A stretch of 63,817 bases of DNA, the filler included, from Reticulomyxa filosa (lineage: Eukaryota > Protista > Foraminifera): assembly GCA_000512085.1 (NCBI GenBank). It is 21 parts of 21 records of this genome, joined end to end, with 100 filler letters (N's around TTAATTAATTAA, not from the genome) between each part and the next. Parts side by side here need not be neighbours in the genome. Positions count along the whole stretch, not along the records: positions 35,560 to 41,061 come from ASPP01026871.1; positions 41,162 to 43,850 come from ASPP01017896.1; positions 43,951 to 45,136 come from ASPP01033417.1; positions 45,237 to 55,125 come from ASPP01007755.1; 17 more parts are not named here. One strand, given 5' to 3'. This document shows positions 35,560 through 50,186 of this stretch, piece by piece. The notes under the pieces were generated by a model. The model was not told the DNA's origin, did not search any database, and worked only from the letters and a program-made list of their open reading frames with translations. Position numbers and translations under genes: made by a program. Positions within the stretch are counted from its first letter, which is position 1, and every line of letters begins with the position of its first letter.

Positions 35560-38500
35560 TTTAAAATAATAATAATAATAATAACCGTCATTGTGCAATG
35601 AAACTATTTCGCCTTGCTGTTTCATAGTCAACTCGAACTCGCCATTGATCGAGTCATTTCTGCAAAACACAATGACATAGTAGTCGCATCCCAAATTGCT
35701 GCAATAGTACTGATCATCCGGAGAGACGCCGAAGACGCCACTGGAAGTCCACGCACTGAGCAATGGATTTGGTCTCTCGGAGAAGTTGCTGTTGGGTGTC
35801 AGTTGGCTCAAGCGCACATTGCAAGCCTCCAAGGCTATGTTGTTGGTAATGTAAAAGATCAGGTCTCCACTGATTACTGACATTTGGAACAAAAACGAAA
35901 CGTTCGTTCCAGATATGTCATCGGTCGGAGTGTAAATGTAATACTTGGTATCTCCGCTCGAAATGGTACTCGTTATTGTCTCACCTACGTCGGCAGCTGC
36001 ATTTTTTTATTTTTATTTTTATTTTTCTTTGTTTATTACGTTATAAACAAAGATAAATAGACACACCGGTAATGCCGGATTCAATGAGCATTTGAAAGGG
36101 CTGCTGCAAATTGGTCAAGACCTGGTCGCTGAGATTGTGACTGGCAACGTCAATCATGTCCATGTGAACAGACAAATACCACGTGCCTTTCAAGTTATCC
36201 ATACTCAGTCCCGAAAACTGGATCGAGTTCAATCGATTGCCGGTCACTTGGTCGATTGCGTACACACAGGCTTCATCTGCATACCACATTTAATGTTGTA
36301 GTGTCCTTATCGTATGTTCGAATAATAAATAAACAAACAAAGTAAATCAAATCAAATTAAATCAAATCAAACTCAACTTGCAAATAAGTTGACTTGCGAT
36401 TCACATTGAGAGTAGGTATTCCAGTCGCTGGTGGGCCGTTGGATATCTTTGGACAGATACATCCATGGCGCTGATGTGATAAGCGCACTCAAGGACTGCA
36501 CCGAAATGTACAGCTTTGTAAACAAGTCGCCGTATACGTCGCTCGAGTTGATCTGCAGGTCATCCGACACCGCATGGAACATGTAATAGTTGTATTGATC
36601 GTACATCAATACACTTTGTTGAGAGTGTCCAACGCTAATCGTCGAAGTCGTTTGTATGTAGTCGCACGTGACGCCATACAACGTTCCATCCATTTGTCCC
36701 TATACAAATCAATCATATTTTATTTTACAAATAAATAAATAATGATAATAATGATAATATACCTGAACAGCAATGAGAAGTCGTGAAATGTTTGTGTTGG
36801 CAATGTCTCGAACGAGATAGTACTCCGGCTGATATGGCAATAATCCATCCGATTCATACAGCCAACTCTCGCTTGGACTTGGCAATTGGTTGTTGTTCAC
36901 AAAGAACGAAATGCTGCCGACGTGCACTTCAAACAGACATGACAAATCCAATGACACATTTTGCTTGCTGAAATTGGCCGTAAAAGAAATTTCCAAGTCG
37001 TACAAATGAGCTTCTTCCATGCTGATGTAGTCATACTGTCAATCACATTTCATACGTACATACATCATTGTGTTGCATGATTATATGTACATATACGTAT
37101 ATGTATACGTATATATATGTATTTGTGTACACATACCTGAGGAACACCCAGGCGTAACAACACAGCTTCGGCGTCTCCAATTTGCGTAATGTTATAAGAT
37201 GTCTGCCACTCGGTTGCGGTAAGAGAAAACTCGCATCCCTCTCCGAATGAAATGGTTGTGCACCAAAGACCAATGACGAATTGGCTTGTATCGCCAATCG
37301 GAACTGCCAATGCGTCATGATTCACACTGTTGCTTTTGTAATCCCAATTTGTACTGTTCACTAATACATCTATTCCTCTTCTGTTTCAATTCCCAATACA
37401 CACACACACACACACAAAATAAGGATGATGAGTTGGTTCAAGTCAATTGTAACAACACAAAGTATGACCTGACAAAAATATCCAAGTCCCCTAAAAGAGT
37501 CGTCAATCCCAATTCCAATGCTCCGTTAGTGCGATCGACATTAAATTGATAATATCTCCAGCCACTGCGCGATGTCGCCGGAATGGTGCCATATTGTGGT
37601 ACACCATGGGTCAGTAGCACCAGATCTTTGTTGCTCGACGCTGTCAACGTATACTCCAATGCTTTTGACAGTGATCGTGTCGATCCTTGGCTGCTGTGGA
37701 CAGCAATAAAGTATATGCACGATGTTGGAGACTGAGGTACCATATTTGCTAATCAACAACAAACATTTTTTTAGAATTGAAATAAAATTATTTTAAAAAA
37801 ATATAAAAAATAACTTGTTCGCTTGCATTATTTGCACAAAATGCTTGTCCCAAGGTTTTTCTTGTGAGGGCGACTTCAACATTCGCACCGACCAATGGCA
37901 CACGATAGCCTTCGAATTGGTCCGTGCTGTTAGTATTGTTCAACAACCAGGACGGCGAGGGCTCCTTGACGCTCGACACAAACAGGTATATTGTGACTGC
38001 ATTTGGATCGTTCAACGGATCGACCTTCATAGACGTGGACAGCAAGATGTAAATCTCGTCAATCGATGAGTTTGACTGCAACACGTTGTTCACTTGCAAC
38101 GCATAGAAGCGTGTGTCTCCAGGAACTTCGATTTTGCCACTCTTTTCCAATTCCATTGGTCACTTGTGTATACTCGTGCTCTCTTGCACTGATTACATAT
38201 GACGTCACTAAACCAATGTGTCCATCCATACACAATACATATATGTACATATACATACGTATATGTACATATAAAAAAAAAAAAAAGGACACAAAACATG
38301 AGTGACAGGACTAATGCCAATATTGATATTTTGACAACGAGCACTGTATTTGTATTGATAACCAGTGCCTTGATTTTTCACCAGTGAACATAAATGGTCC
38401 AAAGTTATGGTAAGCGAATCGGCTATCATTCCGCTATTGGCCTGATAAGCAATGGACATTGCGTAGTCGTAGTTGTTATCTGTTGGGGTTCTGTTTACAC

Positions 38501-41007
38501 ATACACACACACACACACATACACATACACACACACACACACATACACATACAAATACAAACGCATGCCATCCTTTATATCCGAATAAATGAAAAATAGG
38601 TCACACGTAACGTTATATGGTCATTTATAAGTATGCGACAAAGAGCATGTCCAGAAGACACTCCCAAATGAATAGTCACACTCTTTCGCAAAGCCACTCT
38701 GACATCGTCGTCATTTTGAATGACTGACACATCAATGCTCGGCGAAAACACGTGATAACGCACACTGGGCGACGTCAGGTTCGTGACGACAATGGACTTG
38801 TTCAATTGTAATTGGCTGTCCTCCCAGTTTTCGAGAACAGTGATATTGAACTCACTGGTCATACGAGCATACACTTCAATATAATACGTGCCCGCTTTGG
38901 CGGATGAAATCGTGACTTCCGCAATCGGATTAGATGGCGTTGATGTTGCAGTCCATTGACCATTGGACGCCCCAAAGTCAGGTCTCGTGTTCCATCCAAC
39001 GAACAGTTGCACTCCTCCAAACCACAAATCCGCCACAAATGACAAGGTTCCCGCCGTCGTTGGTGAATACTCAAATATAAAGTATCTGGACATATATTCT
39101 CCCAGTTTGCAATCGATCCACTTTTGTGGGACAAGATTTGTGTCTTTATTCAATAAGCGAGCGTCATTTTCAAATACTGTCAATACATACGATGACGTAA
39201 CGCTGGCCCGTACCTATAAATACATACAAATATATGTATATGTACATGTACATATTTATATGTATCGTATATAATTTTTTAGTTTCATTTGTAACTGCAA
39301 GTCGAAAGATATGTTGATTGTGATCGACATCGGCCTGAACGGCTTTGATAAGGTTTGCACTGCTGATATAAACGGAGTCGATGCCATCGGCGTTGTTCGA
39401 GATGCTGCTGTAATCTCTGCTGTTTTCGGAAGGTATGTCGGGATAATTGCTGGGATTATTGACAAACAAGTCGGCGTTGCCATTGCCAACAGACGAGTTT
39501 AGAATGAAGAAGAGCTCGATGTTGGAGAGATTGAGTTGTGGAGCGACGACAAAGTCGTAGATGGCATATACGGTAGAGGAGACCGTACCTGAATATGGTG
39601 TGTTGATCGTGATCAACGAAGATGCGATGCCATGGGTGATATCATTTGCCAAAAGGATATATTCACATGTGCTCGTCGTGGGCACGACTGCGATACGAAT
39701 TGTTTTTGTGAGTGCTGCATCGCCATTGGAACTGCTGTCTCTCGACAACGTGAGTGTCAAAAAATTACCACCTTCTTGACCCACCGTCGTTGCGTCATAA
39801 GTAGACGAGTTCGAATAGCGCGGATATACATTCTCGTGTTTAGTGTTTACATACAATTCTGCATTGCCATTCAACAGCATCAAATTCAGTTCAATCACTG
39901 CTGTGCTATTCTTACCGTCCATCTCCACCGTGTACGTAAAGTATTTCGAAGTGTCCACTCCGCTGTCCATTTCATCGTGGAAAGGCACTCCATCGGATAA
40001 TTGGATGATCTCATTGTTCAACAGGAAGTATACGTCAAAGAGTCCGGCTCCATAAGCACCTTTTGCAAAAACAAGCAAACAAAAAAAAATTATATATAAT
40101 TTTGTAAAAATAAATAAAAAAGATTACCGGCAACAGCCGCATAAATATGTCCTTGCCAAGATTGCTGATCGTCGGCAGGCAAAGGGGTTTCCCATTGGAT
40201 TTTGGGGTCAGTCAAGGACAAGGTCAGCGCATACTTGCCTCCGTATTCAATACTTGCCACGCAGTTGTTGGACGAGGGATACATATTGTTCGCGCTGAGC
40301 CAGGCGTTGGGATAACCATCATACGCGGTAAATGCGATCGTGACGAAACTCGTATTGCTTCGAGCGTATGAAGCGGGGATGTTCATCAACAGATATCGAT
40401 ACTGATTCGCCTCCACGTGGATGCGCACTCGCAATCCTTCCTCCAGCAAAATGTGGCTCTCCTCGTCATATGCCATTATCACATACTCGGAGTATTGGAT
40501 GAGGCTCGTGTTTTTTGTCAATGTCGTGTCATTGTTCGTTGGGTATACACTTAAATGATACATCTTATTTACATTTACATTTTGTATGCAATACATATAC
40601 ATTTATGTATATATATATGTATATATACGTATTTATATTTTCAAACAAAGAAAACTGCTTTTATATATATATATCTTTTAAAAAAAAAAAAGAATAAAAC
40701 ACGAAACGGTGTTGGAAGTGACGTTTGAGTAATCGACATATCCACTCAAATAAGAAGCGCTAGCATCATAGGTAGTTTCATTGATTGGATTTGGAAACAG
40801 CGTTTGGGATGAGGATTGGACTTGCAAGCTATATAGCCACGACGTGCCAACCAAGCTGGAAATGGTGAATTGGATCGCGCTTTGCGTCGTGTTGCTTTTT
40901 GAAACGAAGATGTAGTCATTGTGCGTATTGAAGTAAGTATTGATCGACGCTGTCTGTGGAATGCCATTCGTTAATATCTTTGCACCTGCTTGTTCCTCTT
41001 CTGTCAT
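35560..41007 (-). CDS. Large multi-exon extracellular protein with tandem PPC-like beta-sandwich repeats; both ends truncated
   Basis: Recurrent units L..G.P..G....Y..F..G(N/D)(A/L)DL(Y/F)V..P..YYI.V, many N-x-S/T sequons, and more than 10 GT-AG introns containing TA/CA microsatellites. Confidence 0.7.
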
Positions 41008-41161
41008 ATTTGTATTTCATTTATATATACATATATATGTATGTATGTATGTATGTGTGTCNNNNNNNNNNNNNNNNNNNNNNNNNNNNNNNNNNNNNNN
41101 NNNNNTTAATTAATTAANNNNNNNNNNNNNNNNNNNNNNNNNNNNNNNNNNNNNNNNNNNN

Positions 41162-41870
41162 CATTTTATTATTTATCATTGTTATTATTGCTTTGCAATG
41201 GTGAAATATCTACACAACAAACAATATCTTCGTGTCCATTGAAAATATGTAATGATTTTGATGTTTCAATATCCCATAAACGAATTGTTTTGTCATTAGA
41301 TCCAGAACACAAATATCTACCACCATTAAATGGTGAAAATTTAATACTATAAACATAACCAGTGTGTTCATTGAATATTTGTAATTGCTTATTATGTTTG
41401 AAATCCCAAAAACGAATGGTTTTGTCATTTGATGAAGAACAAATGACATTTTGACGATGATTATGATAGTAATATGATGAAAATCTCACACAACACACTT
41501 CAGATGAATGTCCATTGAATGATTGAATTTGTTTGTTGTTATCAACATCCCATACACGAACTGTTTTATCACCTGATCCAGAACAAATCAATTGACAATC
41601 ATCAAAGGTTGAGTAATCAATACCCCACACATAGTTTGTATGTCCAGTGAATGTATTGAGTAATTTGGATGATGAACGAAATGTGTCAAACATGAAGAAT
41701 GTAGATGCCTGTTAAATAAATATTTATTTGATTGATCAAATGAAAAAGAAACAAATGAACTAACATAATTGACAATAATTTTGTCAAAATCTTTGATCCA
41801 TCCTAGTTTAATGTTTAATGTTCGAATCCAGTGATGAATAATTATTTGGATCTCTTCTTCTGGCTGTTTC
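41162..41870 (-). CDS. WD40-repeat protein of an expanded family, 3'-truncated
   Basis: GH..ICSGSGDKTVRVWD, GH..DKTIRFWD and LCSGSNDKTIRLWD repeats; N-terminal exon shared with 10576-10650. Confidence 0.93.
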
Positions 41871-42329
41871 AATAACAGATTACAACAATAAGTAAAATAA
41901 AAAGTAAAAACTTAAAGACAAGCTGGACTCAACTTTGATTGATAAGTTTAAGTTCATTCTCGTAACTCTTTTAGTTTTCTCTTGAGATAATCTTTGATGA
42001 TGCTAGACGAAAAAAATGCTTAAACTTTTGTTGATAAAAGGAGCTAAGATTTACACAAAAAACAATTTGAAACGGAAGATAAATGTTACATTTTGTGTAT
42101 CACAATAATAGGTAACAACAATTCTACAATGCAAAAATTTTATAGAAGGGCAATATATTTTACTTTCTGGGAATTTTTTATTGCAAAAAAGCTTTTTTTT
42201 GAGCAATCAATTGTTCAAAAACAGAATAAATCGTAAGATAAGTACTCATATTTATGATTATTCATTTAATGCATTTGATTGAAAATAGCTGTTAGATATT
42301 ACACACTTGCCTTCCTTGTGATCAAAGTA

Positions 42330-42730
42330 ATTAATTGAATTTATTGGATATTTCAAATATTTGGGACCTTTGTCATGCAATTACTCAACAATGAAAAATC
42401 AGCAATTTGATGTCCTTGAGCAATCGATCAAATGGTATCTTTGTTTATATTTGCTCTTCTTGTTGTTTGATGAAAAATCGGATTATTTTTACTACGACAA
42501 ATATCAACAATAAATTTGGAAAATCTTTGAAAGATTCCATTTCATGGCAATTAAATGTTGTGCGTATTTTGCCAATTGATAAAGAGTTTTCATCGCTTGT
42601 CAATAACATATTTCCTTTCTTTCAATGTCCACAAATTATTATTATCAATCCATCACATTTTTTAGTATTTCATGAAGTTCATGCTTTGCATTTGTGAATA
42701 TTGATTGCATTCAAATTCATAATTTAATTC
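42330..42730 (-). pseudogene. Caspase-like (peptidase C14) pseudogene
   Basis: The reverse complement aligns with 52440-52760 (atttgtggacat.., tttaattgccatgaaatggaatctttcaaagattttcc). The Gly codon of the HG dyad is TGA, and deletions are present. Confidence 0.8.
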
Positions 42731-42842
42731 TTTTTGAAATAATTGTTTGAAATTTTCTACAGATATAATTTCTCGTAGAAGTTTTGTAGTTCAGTTTTGT
42801 GTCTGTTCAAAAAAAGTCTTCTTCAAGGTACCATCATCTCTA

Positions 42843-43800
42843 ATGTTCCTGAAAAGCCGAGATGGAAAACAGGTGCATGCAAATTTATTTATCCTGGAAA
42901 ACTAGCGGTTTTAAACGATATAGACAAACCTTTTTTTTTTTTTCCCTCCTTCCCCCCCCCCCTCCACTGTTAACTTTTTTGAAAAAACAGAAAGACGGAT
43001 CGACAAAGGTGGCAAGAAAAACAGGCTATCTGAAGAAAATCCAAGGAGGTTATTCATATCATAAATACTATTTTACGCTAACAAAGACCCGCTTATTATA
43101 TTTCAGCAAAAAAAAAGAGCACAAGCTCGTCGGGGAAATTTCTTTACCTTGTGGGATCAACACAAATAATATTGACACGAATAAAAACTATGCATTTGAA
43201 TTATTTCCTTCGAAACCCTCTTCTCAGCACGAAAAGAGTATTTTTTTGGCAGCAGAGTCACAAGAAGAAGTTGAGTGTGTAAAAGCGTCTACCACAACAT
43301 GCTTGCTTGCATGGGAAGACCCTTAAAGAAGGGAAGGGGGGGGTGTAAAAAAAAGGGGTCAAGAGAGGGGGGGGGGGGAGGAAAAAAAACACATACATAA
43401 TGCAATAACTATATATGCGTAGATGGATGAGTGGATCGAAGCAATAACAGAAGCATCATCGAAAGCGTTTTTTCCAGACAGTTTGAAGGACGACACAAGC
43501 AAGAACGACATTGAAAAGGATGATGGTCTTGCTTCTTTTTCGGACAAGGACGCCATCGCCGCTGAAATTGACTTGAATGAGAGCATTCGCAACAAAATGA
43601 AGCATATGCTGCATAACAGTTCGTTCCAAGTCAATGCGCAGTTGGCCAATTGGAGAAGTCCCGTCTCTCTGCGCGGTCTCGTCAGTGCCACCAGTGAGGA
43701 TTTGTCGGAAGACGTTTATAACATGTTAACATTGGGGGCTGTCGATCCTTCGCTAATGCTCCCCAGTCGTGCCTTGGCTGTACATAATGTAATGTTTTGT
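42843..43800 (+). CDS. PH-domain protein, multi-exon, 3'-truncated
   Basis: KTGYLKK..KYYFTL..LLYF..GEISL..YAFEL..FLAAESQEE/MDEWIEAI. Confidence 0.85.
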
Positions 43801-43808
43801 AACAACAG

Positions 43809-43850
<42 letters not shown>

Positions 43851-45920
43851 NNNNNNNNNNNNNNNNNNNNNNNNNNNNNNNNNNNNNNNNNNNNTTAATT
43901 AATTAANNNNNNNNNNNNNNNNNNNNNNNNNNNNNNNNNNNNNNNNNNNNATACACTTTTGATATGTAATTGTGATAAGCATCAAGAAAAGACCAATTTG
44001 GGTAATGATACAATTGCGCTGCGTTCTGTTGATGTATATGAATTTGTGTCACTTCCTTCACCTCAATGTGGCAGCAATGTAATTGTTACTTGCTCACGAG
44101 CTACAAATTGGCTAATTTGTTAAGAAATTTCTAAAATTGCTTTGCCTGATTTCGATCCCTCTGCTCGCAGGACATTGCTACGTGCAATTACATCCAAATA
44201 GTATTCCAGCAGTACCTTTGCCCAATAATACACTTATCCGACGACGGTGACATTGACAAATTTGAATTTGTATTATAATAAGTTGGTTGATCATGTTTGG
44301 TATTTGATTGCATCTGGCAACACGAATTTGGCGAGCAAGCAATTCGAACGGCGATATTACCGAATGTACTCAAGTGTCTGTGAACAGCACCAATACCATT
44401 TGTTGTAGAGGACAAGACGTCCAATGCTTACACAACAACCAAGATGCAGTCTGCAATGGAATATGAAAAGTTGACGACCAAAGATACTCTACTTGTGAAT
44501 TCGGTCGTGAGAGTAGAATTGTACGTATTACATCTACTCCCTTTCACATCAATCAATGTTCCAACTGAAACACATCTTTTGGATTGTTGTTCAAATATGC
44601 AGCCACAGAGGAAGAATCAAACAATGGCACATCAATTGCTTTTCCTTACATGTCAATGATAACCATGACCACCTCCATTGCATCGATATACAATTTGTAA
44701 GTTGTAGTATCATAGTTCACAGTCCGCTATTGATTCGAGTGATTGATTGGTTGTGCTCATTGCATAGTGTTAAATAAAAAAAAGTTATATCTGCCTACAA
44801 CTGCCGCTGTTTCAGATATATTTGCAATACATCGAAAAGATTATCTCCTTTCAATTACAATATTGAACATGCCGATTTAATTTGTGTCATTGTTTGTTTG
44901 AAATAATATCTATTTACTTCCCGAATATGACGCTTTTTCACTCGTATTTGGTACGACACTTTTGGAGGTAACATTCAATTATCGAGGATATATTCGTTTG
45001 GTTGAATGTGGCCTTTTTGTAATACGTGCCCAAGTTTGCTAGTACATTTTGACATTGTTTGATCGGTCGATGTTCGATAATAGATAGATAAAATCAAGCC
45101 ATTTGTATAATATCGTATAGCTGGCACACAAATTGGNNNNNNNNNNNNNNNNNNNNNNNNNNNNNNNNNNNNNNNNNNNNTTAATTAATTAANNNNNNNN
45201 NNNNNNNNNNNNNNNNNNNNNNNNNNNNNNNNNNNNCGAGACCTAGATTGACACATTCGTGCACTTGGAAGGAAAAATGTGCTATCCGTTCAAGCAAACG
45301 TGTAGTAAGTACGGACTTTAATTCCTTAATTTTTTAAACAAAAAAACTAAAAAAGAAAAAAATTGATCCACGTTTGGTGTGTACAACAATATATACGTTT
45401 CAATTCTGGTTTGGTGCATAAAAAAAAAGAATTTTGGCATTTTTCTAAACATTTATTATCGAATCAGCTATTACATCACAAATACTTTTCCGTGTAAACA
45501 CATTTTTAAAGAAATGGCACCACGTGAAACGATGCTTTAATTGAAGCGTTTTTTGATTGCAAAAAGATTACCTATCGATTTTCAGACGTTTGCATCAATT
45601 AACAGCTCATTAAAACCTTTGTTTATATTATTTTTTTGAAGGTTTTTTTATCAGGCAAAAATAATTTTACAAAGTGATTAATGAAAAAAATCAAACCACT
45701 CTTTGTTTTTTTGTTTTGATGACTAAAATCGACAAACAGAGAATTGCAATGTTTTTGTGTTTTTCTATTTAAACATCTCCACGCAAATACTTATAAACAA
45801 CTTCAGCTTATTTGATTAAAGCATATTTATTATTTTTAAAATAACAAATTGTATCTTTGAATAAAATAACAACAAATAACATGTTTGAGAAATATTTTAA
45901 TTTCATTTATTGTCAGTTGC

Positions 45921-47534
45921 TTATGTATTTCTCTTATCTTTCTCAACAAATGGCAAACCTTTTAAGACAGTAGCTATTGTTGCAAATTCAATGGGGGTGT
46001 ATTCTTGAAATCCTTTCTCTTCACAATAATAAATAGAAAATAAATTAATACGATGATTGCAACAACGGTTTTCCATAAATTTTTTCTTTTTTTCTTCATA
46101 TTTCCTTTCATTATTTGGTTTCTTTCTCCATTCTTCAAACAAAGATAAATGCACAACTGTTGCATCCTCGTCCTTTTGAAGCAGTGAAATCACATAGATG
46201 AGATTTAAATCAATTGCGTGATTCCACATTTTGCTAATACGCACAGTTTGTTGAATGAATTCATCATACACTGTCCATGTTAATAATATCATTTGCGTAT
46301 TTTCATTTTCATTTTCTATTCTTGCATTCCATGTTGTTTTTTCTTTATTTTTTTCGTCAAGAAATTGAGCTGAATTCGATCTAGAAAATAAAATTTCCCT
46401 TTCATGTTCGAATGGAGATATCCATGATACATCACAGCTATGAATTGCACCTGCTCTTCTCATAGAAGGATGAAAATGTAAAATACATCCTCGATCACTT
46501 CTATAAATTTGTGCAACTTGAATATCATCAGAAGTACTTACATGACTTATGAAAAATCCTTGTTTTATTTCTTTAATATTCTCCAATCTCACAGTTGCCA
46601 ATCCACAATATAAATCTATACTTTCTTCTTCTCTTCTTTCATGACTATTCAAAATACTAATAGCTCCTTGTAAACTCCTATCCAAAAAAGACCACTTATA
46701 ATGTTGAAATTGTATTTGATCTTTACTGAATTGAACATTACATGGTTTACCACAATACAATAAAATTGCACAAATTTGATGTAATTGAAGTGGATATCCC
46801 ATTTGTTTATGAATATCATCACGATACAATATCTTCACTTCATTTAATATTGTTAATATTTCATCATTTAATATTAATTTATTTACATCTTGTTCATCGT
46901 AATTAATTGCTTGTTTGATTGAATCTTCATTTTCTTGTTGCCTTTCAATTAAATCAATCAAATAACCATTCTTTATTACTTCATGCAAGAGCAGTTTCAA
47001 TTCATTATTTGATGGATCAATCGAAGATACAGTATCTTGCATCTTTTTGAGCTTGTAAATATCACATTCATACAATAATGGATTAAATTTATGTTTTTCT
47101 TTTGGCGAAGTAATATCTTCCCTTTTAATACTTTTTGATATATTATTTCTTTCAATACAAATTGTATATTTATGAGACACCATACATTTATAATCAATTT
47201 TCCAACGAACTTGTGTATTTGGATAGCCAGAAAGATGCTGATAAATGTCATTCAATAGTGAATCTTCATTTATATTTGATGGAATTGGTGGCTTACACTC
47301 ATCAAATACACATTTAAAATATATTGCTTCATCTCATCTACTCGTAGCTTGTGATACCATTTGTAATTGACTTTTGAAATGTTGAAGTGCTTGTTTCAAA
47401 GTTATTAAATAAGGGTTAAACGGTTTTATATATGTTGAAGAATTTTCTTTCGCAATAACTTGGAATGAATTGAACTCCTGTTTATATAAAATGAATGTTT
47501 GAACAAATTTGTAAATAGGAAGTTCATTTGATGA

Positions 47535-47565
<31 letters not shown>

Positions 47566-47938
47566 GTATATGTGTGAAATATAAATCATTAACTGAACAC
47601 CAATTTGATAATGTATCTCTATTATCATCTCTTATTGTGCGGAAATGCCAAGAATTGTTAGGGGTAATTATCCAGTATTTGACATAATTTGTTTCGACTT
47701 CAGAATAATCATGACGATATTGAATATTGACGTTCAATTCCAATAAAGATCTCTTTGGATTTCCAACTTGTAATGTTCGTACTTTTGATTTACCTTTTTG
47801 ATTGCTATGCAATAATACAATTCTTCGAAATTCATAATCGAATAAGATAAAACAATCTTTCCATTTTCCATTGGATAGCATAGATACTTTGAATGGATCA
47901 TTCCACTTTACTTTGTAGCTATGTCAAATAAATTATTT

Positions 47939-47974
<36 letters not shown>

Positions 47975-48770
47975 TCGTTCGCTTGTCCATTTGTAAATAA
48001 AAAAAAAACAATTCAAACATAATCAAATAGAGTACATTGGTTGTTGTTGAATCCATATTTTATAACGTTGCCACAATGGTAGTATTGTTGTAAAATGGTA
48101 ATACCAATTACCATCAGTTTCTTGTTGGAATCCACATGCCTTTAAAGGCGGCTTGCATATATACAAATAAGTTATTTACATTCACACCTAATCGATCACA
48201 CTTATTTCCTAAAATGCGACGAAATGACTCAGTATTGATTTGACGATATTTAGTAATCGTGGGATGCGCTAACATATTCCAAAATATGTGCAAGCACATT
48301 TCTCTCATTATTTTCTCTTCTTTACTTTCCTCAATTCTATGAAATATTCACACTCACACAAATATTTTCAAATATTAATTTTTTTTTGTCCATTTATTAA
48401 ACGGTTAACTTATTGACGTCGCAAGTAGAAGAAATCTCCTCTAATTCCGTCATTGTATCTAAATAAATTTGCTTCGGCTGTTTCCATGTATCTAAAATAG
48501 TCCTTTTGCTCATCACACTGCCAAAAGCTTCAAGTACTTTCATAAATTCAGTTGTTGTTCGGGAGTTGTTCTATAATTGATGTATTAGTTTGAGAAAAAA
48601 GATATTTGCATAGTTTTGTTGTTAAATGTATGTTATATTAGTTTTCACTTATTCTCCACGATAGAATTCAGGACCATAGTTGCTTCCTCAAGGTTTTCTT
48701 TACAAAGTTTCCAGATTTTTGAAACAATTTCTCTTTCAATTGTTTTGAATGATTCTTGAAGTTGTTCCAT
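45921..48770 (-). CDS. CUE-like + PUB-like + ADP-ribosyltransferase-like multi-exon protein
   Basis: Exon 1 MEQLQESFKTIEREIVSKIWKLCKENLEEATMVL (CUE-like). IFWNMLAHP..KYRQIN..GF (PUB-like). AILLY..LYCGL..HVSTS..DVSWISPFEHEREILF (R-S-E ART pattern with Arg replaced by Cys). Confidence 0.7.
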
Positions 48771-50186
48771 TTGTGCACTCAAGATTAATTCTTCTTTGAA
48801 AAAACTCTTTTTAAAACTGGAGTGAGAACCTTGAACTTTGTTAGTACAGTAAGAAAAAAAAAACTAGGTTTCCAACTTAACTCACTCCATTTTTATTTTT
48901 GATTATTTCGTAAGTGTTAATTTGTTGTTATAGAACAAAGCAATGTTTTACAAACGATTATATATTTTTTGCAATCTTAGAATAGTCATAGTTTTAAGTA
49001 TGCCTTGGAGGAAATCTTTTTATCAAAAGGAAAAACAAATGCCGCAAAAAACATGAAATAAAATACTAAAATAATATTTAAATCTATGTAATTTGTAGAT
49101 ATTTTTAAAAGAGTTTAATTCAAGTGTTATCTTTTTTTGTATCTCCAAAATCATTCTACAAATAAAGTATTAGAATCAAATTAAAGTACAATATTGTTGA
49201 AAAGTTGAAGCTAACGAGAAAAGAGACAATTATCGATTTAATTGCAATTGCCACAGCCTTGTTAAATTTGTTCAGGTTTTTTAACTGCTTCGCGAGTGCA
49301 CAACTCTAAAATACAAAAAGAAAAAAAAGGAATTGGTTCTCGACGAGGAATGTTATTTTCTTTCAGTAAAAGTAAAGACAATAATCACTCTAAAAGTTAC
49401 CTTATTAAATCTATTGTGGGAATCAACGTATATTTACTTTTATTCACAAAAGGGCAAACATGCCGTATTGAATTGGACGACAAATACGTCCAGCAAAATT
49501 TGTTTGGACAAAGTGTTCTGAGCTCTTTAATTTTGAAATATTACTAGAGTCTTATATTGTGAACAGATTGTTCGCCAGAAAAAAGTTTTCCAAGAAAAGA
49601 CATCACTTGCATTACAAATTTGTATTGTTCTTAAATTTATCTATTTCTTTCCCTTCCAATTACAATTCAAAATTCCATGTGAGATATTTACAAATAGAAT
49701 CTTAAAATATGTTACATTGATTAATCGAAGGAAAGATTTACTTCGTTTAATTCAATCCAAAAATTTGTTTTAAAAAAAAAATATTATCCCCGCAACTATT
49801 ATTTGTAAGCTTCTTTCCAACATTTGTATGTGATTGTATTTGTGATGGAATCAGTCAAAGCCATCCCTTTTTTTATTGTGTTGAAGGTTTTCTAATTTCT
49901 ATGTAAAAGAAATTTTGTGATTAGAAAGTGCTTTACGAAACTCAAAATAATATTTAAATGTCAAGTCATTAATATGGTGGCTACGTAATTTATTATATTG
50001 CATGAAACTAGAGCGCACATTTGACTGGTAGCCAATTACAAAGTAAATACTTTAATAATTTCAAAAGCTGGCAGAATGAAGCAAAAAAAACTGTTATCCA
50101 AATTTATTCTTTTCTAACATGATGTTGAGGACGTTATCAATCCCTTTTCAAAAAAAAACTATTAATAAAGTTCTAACATTAAGAAC

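Noticed and set aside
43960-44190. AAA-ATPase remnant (VIVISIKKRP..ALR..IALPDF)
   Set aside because: Similarity is too short and broken to support without a search.
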